DNA of 57,721 nt, the filler included, from an uncultured bacterium (lineage in GTDB: Bacteria; Latescibacterota; UBA2968), in assembly GCA_964471275.1 (NCBI GenBank). It is 2 parts of 2 records of this genome, joined end to end, with 100 filler letters (N's around TTAATTAATTAA, not from the genome) between each part and the next. Parts side by side here need not be neighbours in the genome. Positions count along the whole stretch, not along the records: positions 1 to 29,027 come from CAYYGZ010000025.1; 1 more part is not named here. One strand, written 5' to 3'. This document shows positions 1 through 8,168 of the stretch, one piece after another; the first letter of the stretch is position 1; every line of letters starts with the position of its first letter. The notes beneath the pieces are model-generated. The model was not told the origin of the DNA. It saw only the letters and a program-made list of their open reading frames with translations, and did no database searches. The position numbers and the translations under genes are program-made.

Positions 1-176
1 ATACGGGTTCAAGCGGTCTGACGTAGCTCAGGATAGACACTCTTGCGACAGACAAGGTTACGCACTTACATCCGGCTGGCTGGATCCAGGACACGGGCGA
101 AACCCCTGCAGCTTCCGAGGCATCTAATCCGGTAGTCAATCCGATCAGAACAGCAGCTGAGGACAGGGAGACGACG

Positions 177-632
177 ATGCGTGATATCGGCAATCTGATC
201 TGGTTTGTGTTGGGCGGCGTGTGGATGGGACTAGCCTGGTGGTTTGTCGGGCTTCTCGCCTACATCTCGATCATCGGTATCCCGTGGAGCAGGGCCTGCT
301 TCGTGATCGGTCGGTTCTCATTCTTCCCGTTCGGCCTGGCGGCGATCAGTCGGGAAGACCTCACGCACACACCGGATATCGGGACCGGCGGCTTCGGCCT
401 TCTCGGAAACGTCATCTGGTTCGTGGTTGCCGGATTGTGGCTGGCGATCGGGTACCTGGGCCCAGCTCTCCTTTGCTTCATTACCATCATTGGAATCCCG
501 TTCGGGATCCAGCATCTCCAGCTGGCCGGGATCGCGCTCGTCCCGATTGGACAGACCATCGTCGACCAGGAAGTCGCCGAAGCGGCCAGGAGCAGGAATG
601 CGGATTCAACGCTGAAAGACTATCGGAACTAG
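177..632 (+). CDS. yccF: Inner membrane protein, YccF family (two YccF repeats)
   Basis: Duplicated motif GNxIWF...GxW...IIGIP(W/F) in both halves; hydrophobic; SD GGGAG upstream of ATG. Confidence 0.9.
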   Translation: MRDIGNLIWFVLGGVWMGLAWWFVGLLAYISIIGIPWSRACFVIGRFSFFPFGLAAISREDLTHTPDIGTGGFGLLGNVIWFVVAGLWLAIGYLGPALLCFITIIGIPFGIQHLQLAGIALVPIGQTIVDQEVAEAARSRNADSTLKDYRN

Positions 633-842
633 CGTGGTGTCCCAGAAATTCGCTCTCATGTTCACCTGTCGGTGACCGCCCCTCTCCTCGGCTCTGCTCG
701 GAGCAAGGCTATACACCCTCCGCCGCGTGAAGCCGCCGCAGAGGGCATTCGCAGTGAGCGGTGCATTTCCGCGACCACTGTAAGGGAACTACTGGGACTC
801 GATACCCGGTAACAAGACTCCTGCCTCGCCGTCTCCGTACAC

Positions 843-876
843 AAAACAGACCGCGGTCGAACTGGCGCGGTCTGTT
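843..876 (-). terminator. Intrinsic terminator of the minus-strand envelope operon (possibly bidirectional)
   Basis: Stem AACAGACCGCG (845-855) / CGCGGTCTGTT (866-876) with a T-rich tail on the minus strand, about 20 nt after the stop at 899. Confidence 0.7.
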
Positions 877-898
877 GTGAATCACGATTGCATCGGGC

Positions 899-2542
899 CT
901 ATCGATCTCGCGCGCACCTGAAACCGATCGTGTTCTTCCGCACCGTCACATCTTCCCAATGGAAAGCCTGCGAGAACAGGCTCGATCCGAACTGATCGTC
1001 ATCGAAGCTGCCTCCCATGATCGCAGCCTCTTGCAGACCGAACGACTCGCGCTGTTCATTCACCCACTCCCAAACATTTCCCGTCATATCATACGCGGCA
1101 TACTTCGAGAAGCTGTTGTTCGTCGTAAACCCTTCCGTCTCTCCGTTGTAGTATCCCACGGGTGTGGGGCCGGGCTCATACGGATCGCCGCTGTCAAAAT
1201 AGTTTGCGTCTGCCGGGGAAATATCATTCCCGTGCGCATACAATTGGTCTTCCTCACCGTTCGCCGCGATCACCCATTCTGACCACGTAGGAAGGCGGCC
1301 GCCTATCCACTCGCAGTAGGCCTGTGCGGAAGCGTAGTCGACCCCTACGACGGGAAGAGTCGGGTTCGCCGCGTGAGAATCGGAAAAAATCACACCGTCG
1401 ATCGCCAACGGTGTCCGGTCAGCCGATCGGCTCGTCGTGTCCCAGAACAGTGCATACTGTGCGTTCGTCACTTCAAACTTACCGATCAGGATATCATCGG
1501 AGTGGGCCCGTTCGAACAGATCGTTTTCCGAGTTTCGGAAAACGATATCGCCGTGCGTGACGGGTTCGTATATGTGCTGGTCCAGGGCGGGTGTTCGGAA
1601 ACTGACCGAAGTGCTGACCCGCTGATTGTAGAAGTAGCCGAAATAAAGAACATCTCTGAAGCCGACAAAGCCGTCCCGATCGAAATCGAACCTGAAATCT
1701 CGTGAGCCAAACGCGGCCGTGATCTTCAGAAAATCACTGAAGTCCACTTTCCGGTTTCCATCGAAATCCATTCGAAGGGTGGTAAAATCGGTCACCGGTG
1801 GGACAAAGCGCTCAGCGGGCGGCGGCTCCGGGGGATCTGGTGGGATCGCGCCACCGAGGACTACCACAACATAGTTCTGGACGATATCCTGTGTACCATC
1901 CGACATCCGGATAGGAATCCGATTGGTACCGCCCTGCTCAAAAGCGGGGGTCCACCTGAAAGTGGTGCCCACAAGCTGGGCCCCATCGGGAGGAGAAGTG
2001 GTTGCCGGGAAGCTGTAAACCAGTTCGCGCCCGAGCGCTGACGTAAATCCGACCAGTTCCTTTGTTACTGTCTCACCAACGTTGACGGTATCCGTCGCAA
2101 GCGCTTGAAATGAAACTCCGGGAACACCACCAAACGGTCCGGGATCGCCCGGGTTGCTGATGTTCGACCGATTCCCGGTCTTCAGATCGTAGCTGTTCGG
2201 GTCAATCAGTACATTCTCCCCGATATACTCGGCTCGCCAGGAACCCGTCAGTTCCTGCAACTCCTCGCCGTTCGTGTATCCGTCCCAATCGGAATCCAGA
2301 TTCGCAATCGAGAGACTCCAATTGATGTAAGTCGACGGTCGCAGCCACAGTCTGACATCGTCGCCGAAACCGTTGAGGGGGAAGCTCGTTGCCCCGGGAG
2401 TCGGTGCCGATTCGTAGTGGCAGAGCGCGCAGCCGTATCGGTCACCGTTCGGCACCCCGCGGTTCATCCACGAATCCGCGTGGGATGCGGTCGGGAGCAG
2501 CAGAACAAAGATGCCCAAGGCAATGTGCAGCATTCTTCCCAT
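899..2542 (-). CDS. Secreted multidomain protein: CxxCH/temptin-like domain, Ig-like domain, Pro linker, dockerin-like EF-hand pair, C-terminal FGE-sulfatase (SUMF1)-fold domain
   Basis: Signal peptide; CALCH; LNGFGDD...LDSDWDGYTNGEEL; DFDGNRKVDFSDF and DFDRDGFVGFRD; FGE motifs EVTNAQY, PVVGV, RLPTWSEW, DMTGNVWEW, IGFRCAR; ATG 2542 overlaps upstream stop (TGATG). Confidence 0.8.
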   Translation of the reverse strand: MGRMLHIALGIFVLLLPTASHADSWMNRGVPNGDRYGCALCHYESAPTPGATSFPLNGFGDDVRLWLRPSTYINWSLSIANLDSDWDGYTNGEELQELTGSWRAEYIGENVLIDPNSYDLKTGNRSNISNPGDPGPFGGVPGVSFQALATDTVNVGETVTKELVGFTSALGRELVYSFPATTSPPDGAQLVGTTFRWTPAFEQGGTNRIPIRMSDGTQDIVQNYVVVVLGGAIPPDPPEPPPAERFVPPVTDFTTLRMDFDGNRKVDFSDFLKITAAFGSRDFRFDFDRDGFVGFRDVLYFGYFYNQRVSTSVSFRTPALDQHIYEPVTHGDIVFRNSENDLFERAHSDDILIGKFEVTNAQYALFWDTTSRSADRTPLAIDGVIFSDSHAANPTLPVVGVDYASAQAYCEWIGGRLPTWSEWVIAANGEEDQLYAHGNDISPADANYFDSGDPYEPGPTPVGYYNGETEGFTTNNSFSKYAAYDMTGNVWEWVNEQRESFGLQEAAIMGGSFDDDQFGSSLFSQAFHWEDVTVRKNTIGFRCARDR

Positions 2543-5500
2543 CAATTTTTCGCTTTCTCCAGACGGAAGACAGCCTCTTTCTCGGTGACCGCGTTTCCGT
2601 TCAAATCTTCCACAACCAGGATCAGCCGGTTCATCCCGGGCCTTGCTGTCTCTAAATCTACCTCAAGATAGGACCTTTCCATAGGGCTGCTCCCCGACTG
2701 TTCCACCGTGGCGGCGGCCTCCTGCCGGCGTGCTCTCCGAAGTGCACCGACGCCTCGAAGGCGGGAGCCGACGGCAACGATCGACGTCGTCACCTTGTAT
2801 CGTGTCGCACCGAACGAATCCTGCACGAGATTGTAGATCTCGTAGTAAAACTTTAGACGTTCCGCGGTGGTATAGGTTCGTGAGGGCTGCGGCACGACCT
2901 CCAGACTCCCCCTGCGGAATCGTGTTGTGCCTGTGTATTCATCAACCCTGGAAGCAAGGAGCAGATCGCTCACGCGAAGGGAGTCGACCTGGTAGTCCTC
3001 CACGTCGATCTCACGCGTTACGGACCCGGTCTTTGCCGTTCCCGCCTCCCGAACGGTCAATGTCATGGTGTAGCGTCCGGGTGGAACGTAACTGGGGATC
3101 ACATCGACAAGCGAGGCACTCGTTTCTTCACCTTCCTTGAAGACCACGGTCCGCTCCTGCCGGAGCACGCGTGAAAAGGCCGTGTCCGCGAGTGCAACAG
3201 AACGAGTGAGTACTCGCCCCCTGCCCTGCGGGGTCGGCCTCACAGCGAGCGAAGCGGCCGGGATGACATACGCCACATCCAGCCGCGTCTCGTCGCCTTC
3301 AGCCCTGAAGTCCACGACATCCGCCTCGAAACCGACGAGATCGGGATACTGCGGCGCATCGTATGCGTCCGGTGATTCCACCACCGCCCGTTCATACGCT
3401 ATCTGCGGCGCATACTCGGCCAGGCGGACCGAGTTCTTCAGATTCGACGGCGCAAACGCAGGGATAGGTGCAAAATCGAATCCCGCCGAGCCCCCTGTCT
3501 CCTGCGTAAAGTCGAAAACAAATCCGCCGCCCACCCGGACATAGGCCCAGGACTCCCAGCGGACGATACTGTTATCCCTCTGAAGCGTGACCGGCGCATA
3601 CCCTTCCGGGTTCGGATCGAAAGCACCCAAAACGCCGGTGCCGGGGCGGTCTGCATCCAGTGCAGCCTGCTGCTCGCGTGTTGCCGTCGGTGTCAGCGGT
3701 CCACCAGGGTTATCTACGATGTTCTCTTCGATATCGCGGATGGAGAGACCCACATCGCTCCGAATCGGAAACACCGGGCCGACCAACTCGCCGTCCGGCG
3801 GATCTCTGTACAGTTCCTGGTAGATCTGGTTCTTCAGGATTTCTACGGCAGGCGGCAGGAGACTCGGAACCCAACCCGATCGAGCTCGGTAGTCCGGTTC
3901 GCCGTATCGGACGTAGACCTCACCACGCTGATCCCAGGGGAAGGCCAGATCCGAGTAGTCGCGTCTCGCTATCCAGACGCGAGACAGGTGTTCCAGATGG
4001 CGCTCGTTGGGCTCCGTCGTCAGATCAGGATCTCGCTCCAACCAGAACCGATCCGCAAAAACCTGCCGCTTCTCATCATCGAGTTCCCCGTAGGCCAGTC
4101 GGTAGGCTTCGGTCAGCAGAGGCGACAGATCTTCATATATATCTCTCTCGCCTTTCCCGATACGCCCGAGGAACCGATCGAAGCGCTCACGCGCACGGTT
4201 GAACCGTCGAATCCGGTAATCCTTGTAGGCGACGATCGGCAGCAGTTCATACGCTTCAGGATGCGACCGCAGGAGGGGCTCGATGTGTCGTTCAATCCCT
4301 CGAAAGTCCTGCAGCCGGCCCAGCGCGTGGCCAAAGCGAATGACCGTCTCGGTATCGTCCGGCTCCATGCCGGCGTATTTCGTGTAGTATTCGACGGCCT
4401 TCTTGTCTTCCTCGTTCTTCTCATACCAGTTCGCAAGAATCCGATACGGTCGCGAGTATTCCGGGTCGCGTTCGATCGCCTCGTTCGCATACCGTGTGCC
4501 CGTCGTCATGTCTCGATCGAAGTGTGCCTGGGCGAGGTTGGCGTATGCCTCCATGAACCCCGGGTCCACGTCGAGGGCCTTCTTAAAGTATCTGACCCCC
4601 TCATCAAACCCCTCAAACCGACGAGCCGCGACCAGACCGAGACCGTTGAAAGCCGCTGCCTTGCCGTCAGGAAATGTCAGCGCCGTGTTGAAGGCTTCTC
4701 GAGCCTGCAGGAGCAAACCTCTCTGCTGGTAGGCCTGCCCCACCCGGGACCAACCGAGACCGTTCGTCGCATCGGCTAGAACGTCCGCCAACGACGTCGC
4801 GGCGGCACTTGCGCCAAATTGGGCGAACCGTTCTGTAAGCACAGCCATCGTAGCGTCGGTCACATCGGTCAGTTTGTCGTGTCGCCAGACACGGCGCCCG
4901 CTCGACGAACCCGCCCAGAGTATTCGCCCGGTCGGCACCTCGACAAGCCGGGATGCCACGCCCACGTTGTGCACAATCCCGTCCTTGCCCAGCGTCTTCA
5001 GGCTGCTACACAGGACGGCATCGACCTCCAGACCGGAGTGCGCCATCGTCCGCCACTTGAAGCCCAGTCTGGGGGGTGCCGTCCGTGAGGGATCAGACCC
5101 CAGGCTCCCCCTCACAATCTCGAACAGACCATCACGCTCGAGACCGGACTGGAGTCGTCGCCGACAGTCTGCCGCAAGGGGACCGTCCGCAGTGGTGTGA
5201 ATCGGTTGCAGGGCAATCTTTCTTGGGAGATCAGCTGCATCCAGCGGTTTGGGCCTCGTGTCGAAGGCGTCGTATCCCATAGACTTCAGAAGGGCAAGGA
5301 CGGGAATATCACCGACGTTCTTGTCCATCTGGGTCCAGGTCCAGGCGGGGTTGTCGGTCGTGGATCCTCGCCATACAAGGCTGCCGGAGCCGACATCAAG
5401 TACGGCGACCTGGATCGAGAGATGACCCAGGGAGGTGACGATGCCCAGCACAAGGTGATCGGCATCCACGTGCCCCCGGATCGTCTCGAGGTCCGTCGGG

Positions 5501-5778
5501 TCCGGGCTGCCTGCCATCGCCCTGTCGACAAGATCATCGCTGAGCGTGTCGGGCTCGATCAGTTCGAACCTGAGCGAGTCGAGTGCGGTGAAGTAGCTGT
5601 GTCCGTAGAGTTCGGACGTCAGCCTGTCCGCCAGGTAGACACCATAGTCCGCATCGGCGGTATACCGGAATGGATGGACGGCGATACGTCCCGTCGCCAG
5701 AACCGATCCGGACACGCACAAAATCACGATGAGTACGGACAGGACTTCGATCGGGCGCGACCCGAACCGGTGGGTCAC
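2542..5778 (-). CDS. GWxTD-domain protein with TPR repeats and N-terminal CsgG/TolB-N-like alpha/beta domains
   Basis: FWLERDPDLTTEPNERHLEHLSRV...WDQRGEVYVRYGEPD; TPR-like helices (AAAFNGLG, EAYANLAQ); signal-peptide-like N-terminus; start placed at GTG 5778 (GTGA overlap), ORF track extends to 5850. Confidence 0.8.
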   Translation of the reverse strand: MTHRFGSRPIEVLSVLIVILCVSGSVLATGRIAVHPFRYTADADYGVYLADRLTSELYGHSYFTALDSLRFELIEPDTLSDDLVDRAMAGSPDPTDLETIRGHVDADHLVLGIVTSLGHLSIQVAVLDVGSGSLVWRGSTTDNPAWTWTQMDKNVGDIPVLALLKSMGYDAFDTRPKPLDAADLPRKIALQPIHTTADGPLAADCRRRLQSGLERDGLFEIVRGSLGSDPSRTAPPRLGFKWRTMAHSGLEVDAVLCSSLKTLGKDGIVHNVGVASRLVEVPTGRILWAGSSSGRRVWRHDKLTDVTDATMAVLTERFAQFGASAAATSLADVLADATNGLGWSRVGQAYQQRGLLLQAREAFNTALTFPDGKAAAFNGLGLVAARRFEGFDEGVRYFKKALDVDPGFMEAYANLAQAHFDRDMTTGTRYANEAIERDPEYSRPYRILANWYEKNEEDKKAVEYYTKYAGMEPDDTETVIRFGHALGRLQDFRGIERHIEPLLRSHPEAYELLPIVAYKDYRIRRFNRARERFDRFLGRIGKGERDIYEDLSPLLTEAYRLAYGELDDEKRQVFADRFWLERDPDLTTEPNERHLEHLSRVWIARRDYSDLAFPWDQRGEVYVRYGEPDYRARSGWVPSLLPPAVEILKNQIYQELYRDPPDGELVGPVFPIRSDVGLSIRDIEENIVDNPGGPLTPTATREQQAALDADRPGTGVLGAFDPNPEGYAPVTLQRDNSIVRWESWAYVRVGGGFVFDFTQETGGSAGFDFAPIPAFAPSNLKNSVRLAEYAPQIAYERAVVESPDAYDAPQYPDLVGFEADVVDFRAEGDETRLDVAYVIPAASLAVRPTPQGRGRVLTRSVALADTAFSRVLRQERTVVFKEGEETSASLVDVIPSYVPPGRYTMTLTVREAGTAKTGSVTREIDVEDYQVDSLRVSDLLLASRVDEYTGTTRFRRGSLEVVPQPSRTYTTAERLKFYYEIYNLVQDSFGATRYKVTTSIVAVGSRLRGVGALRRARRQEAAATVEQSGSSPMERSYLEVDLETARPGMNRLILVVEDLNGNAVTEKEAVFRLEKAKN

Positions 5779-6566
5779 TCGCCGAACTCCCATCGCAGTT
5801 CGAGCCGATTGGGTTCCAGAACCAGATTGTCCAGTACTGCGGCGCCCCACAGGGCCGCAAACACGATTGCGGCGGTATTCGCTGTGCTCGCCTTGCTCTG
5901 GTAGGTCTGGTATCGGGTCTCGAAGGGACGGGGCAAATCGGAAGTCTCCGTCAGCAGCTCGAGGTCCAGCTCCCCGATGTTTGTGTGGTCATAGGCCTGT
6001 TTGGCACGGTTGTAGTCGCTGACCGACTTCGCCAGAAACACCCCGGCAACGGTGGTTGCCGCCAGCGCGATCAGGCCTCGCTTCCGGTGTCCCCGATACA
6101 TCTGTCCCCAGCCCGGCAGAATCAGCGATCGACCGGCCGCTTTCACCTTGGACGTCCGAGCATAGTGCTGTCGCTTCTCGGTCAATCCGAGATCGGATAC
6201 GAAATGCCTCGCTTGTTCGAACTCCCGCCCCCCTTGGGTCAACACCTCGTTCTCCAACCCCGGATTCAGTGAGTAGGCATACCGGAGCGCACGCTCAGCG
6301 CGACCGGAGTCCGCCAGGGCGTAGTAGCACCGCCCAATTTCGAAAAACAGACGCGCGCGGTCTTGCCTCGTGGGCCGATCATTGGAAGGAATCGGAGTCA
6401 TCAGACCGGGTGATGACAGAAGCTCTGAAAGGCTCTCGGACACCGGGCGTTCACCTGGCACCCTCACCTCGGAAGGTGGGTCCCCCGTCGCCTGGGCGAT
6501 CGCACCCTTGGCCTGAACAAGGAGCATTGCCCCGGCCAGGATCAGGCATATCAGTTTCTCAGTCAC
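5775..6566 (-). CDS. Exported TPR + DUF5683-like membrane-associated protein
   Basis: RSLILPGWGQMY motif followed by hydrophobic segments; single TPR (FEIGRCYYAL...AYSLNP); start moved to GTG 6566 before the signal peptide. Confidence 0.7.
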   Translation of the reverse strand: MTEKLICLILAGAMLLVQAKGAIAQATGDPPSEVRVPGERPVSESLSELLSSPGLMTPIPSNDRPTRQDRARLFFEIGRCYYALADSGRAERALRYAYSLNPGLENEVLTQGGREFEQARHFVSDLGLTEKRQHYARTSKVKAAGRSLILPGWGQMYRGHRKRGLIALAATTVAGVFLAKSVSDYNRAKQAYDHTNIGELDLELLTETSDLPRPFETRYQTYQSKASTANTAAIVFAALWGAAVLDNLVLEPNRLELRWEFGE

Positions 6567-6591
6567 GTTCGGCGATACTCCCGGGGGTGGG

Positions 6592-8124
6592 CTAAGGTCG
6601 GTATGTGTGAACGGATCCAGCATTGTCGAGTACAAAAACATTCAACGTGGTCATCGCAATATCCCCCTGGTCGAAGGACTCATTCGGCAAATCCCAGTGC
6701 AGGCCGATCTCACCTTCGGGCGTTACCACGAATACGCGGTGTAGACCCACGTCGAGGACAAAAAGCTGACCCGTCCGGTTCGACGACAGCGCCGTTGGAT
6801 GGGATCCGGGCGGCAGCGGAACCTCTGTCCACGTCACACCTGTCGGGATCCTGTCGGACAGGGCGAGCTCTCCGCGTAGAAGGCGGCCCGGCGAATCGGC
6901 TGTCATCCAGAGAACCGTGTTGGAGGCCTCGATGCAGGTGGGTTCGTCCGGCAGATCCAACTCGATCGCGGGCGTGAATTCGCTGTCCAGAACGTAAAGC
7001 CTGTGACCGGCGGCAAGGTAGATCGTACCGGTAAAGAAGTCGGCAGAGAGGCAGGTGCGTGACGCGCCGTCCCGGGCCCACTCGCGAGACAGGGCCGCTT
7101 GCGAACTGAACGTGTGCGCCTTCAGAACAACGTCGTCACTTGCCGTACTGAGTCCGCTGACAAACAGCTCGACCGGGAGGGTCTGCCCCCCATCGGCCGG
7201 GCTCGACACTCGAAACTCCCGGCCCGGGGTATCGACGGACAGAGTTGTCGGAACCAGTTCCCGATCTTCACGCGGTTGGGGACCGGATCTGGATGGCGTC
7301 AAGCCTCCTGACCCGAACCTCGAGGCGGAGTATCTCTGCTCGATCGTCGCACTGGCTCCGTGGTTGTAAACGTGGACCGTCGTACTGGAAGAGGTCAGTT
7401 TCGGGATGACCAGAAAAGACTTCGCTGTCGCGCTCGACCGAACGCCTGCTAACGTTGTCCCCTGCGATGTGTAGAAGGATGCCGTGCCTGCCACGCTGGT
7501 GAGCGAGAACCTTTCCAGCTGCGATCTTACGTAATAAGTGTAGGCGACATCGCCCTGCAGCCCCTCGTCGACATAGGCCCGAACACGCGTATTGGCGGTC
7601 TCGAAGATGAGTGTCTCCACGCCATCACGCAGACGATAGACCTCGATACCGGTCACGTCATCCGAAGCACGCCACGACACGCGAACGCTTCCGTCCGTCG
7701 CATTCGCCGTGAGCGACTCGAGTCGCGCACCGGGGACGGTCACACTCCGGGCGGCGGTGTAGGTTTCGGGTGCTCCGTCAATCGGTACCAGGATTCGATA
7801 GAAGAGACGTTCACCCGCGGGAAGAACCTGGTCGACAAACGTCAGCGTCTTGCGCTCAAGCCGGCCGCCGGGGACGCCGGGCAGAAACCCGACATCTTCG
7901 TAGGAACCGCTTATCCGCCGTTGTACGCGGAACTCGGAGATCGCTCCTTGACCGATATACGACCAGGAAACGGAGACGGACCCGTCGGAACTGTCGAACG
8001 AGACGTCCCCGAGCTGGAGAATCGGGGTATTGGCAGGATCTTGCAGATTGTCGCGTTCGGAGCTGAAACAGCCGGCGAACTGCAGAAGAAGAGCAGCCAG
8101 CAATGAGTGACGAATGAACTTCAC
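6592..8124 (-). CDS. Lipoprotein with fibronectin type III-like repeats and a C-terminal beta-propeller-like region
   Basis: Lipobox LLLQFAG|C then RDNLQDPAN; two FN3-like units (VSVSW...YRI; VRVSW...YTYYV); start at GTG 8124 after GGGGG SD. Confidence 0.7.
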   Translation of the reverse strand: MKFIRHSLLAALLLQFAGCFSSERDNLQDPANTPILQLGDVSFDSSDGSVSVSWSYIGQGAISEFRVQRRISGSYEDVGFLPGVPGGRLERKTLTFVDQVLPAGERLFYRILVPIDGAPETYTAARSVTVPGARLESLTANATDGSVRVSWRASDDVTGIEVYRLRDGVETLIFETANTRVRAYVDEGLQGDVAYTYYVRSQLERFSLTSVAGTASFYTSQGTTLAGVRSSATAKSFLVIPKLTSSSTTVHVYNHGASATIEQRYSASRFGSGGLTPSRSGPQPREDRELVPTTLSVDTPGREFRVSSPADGGQTLPVELFVSGLSTASDDVVLKAHTFSSQAALSREWARDGASRTCLSADFFTGTIYLAAGHRLYVLDSEFTPAIELDLPDEPTCIEASNTVLWMTADSPGRLLRGELALSDRIPTGVTWTEVPLPPGSHPTALSSNRTGQLFVLDVGLHRVFVVTPEGEIGLHWDLPNESFDQGDIAMTTLNVFVLDNAGSVHTYRP

Positions 8125-8168
8125 GAATCCCCCGGTAGGAAACATCCAGATAATGCGAGTAAGCCTGC

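Noticed and set aside
17..60. tRNA-like start (CTGACGTAGCTCAG); similar GCTGACGTAGCCCAA at about 21311
   Set aside because: No T-loop (GTTCGA), anticodon stem or acceptor-stem partner follows
633..844. Possible gene remnant after yccF (EAAAEGIRSER...LLGLDTR*)
   Set aside because: No start, SD or recognisable family
899..1500. C-terminal FGE/C-type-lectin fold as a diversity-generating retroelement target
   Set aside because: No reverse transcriptase, and no template repeat noticed in the window
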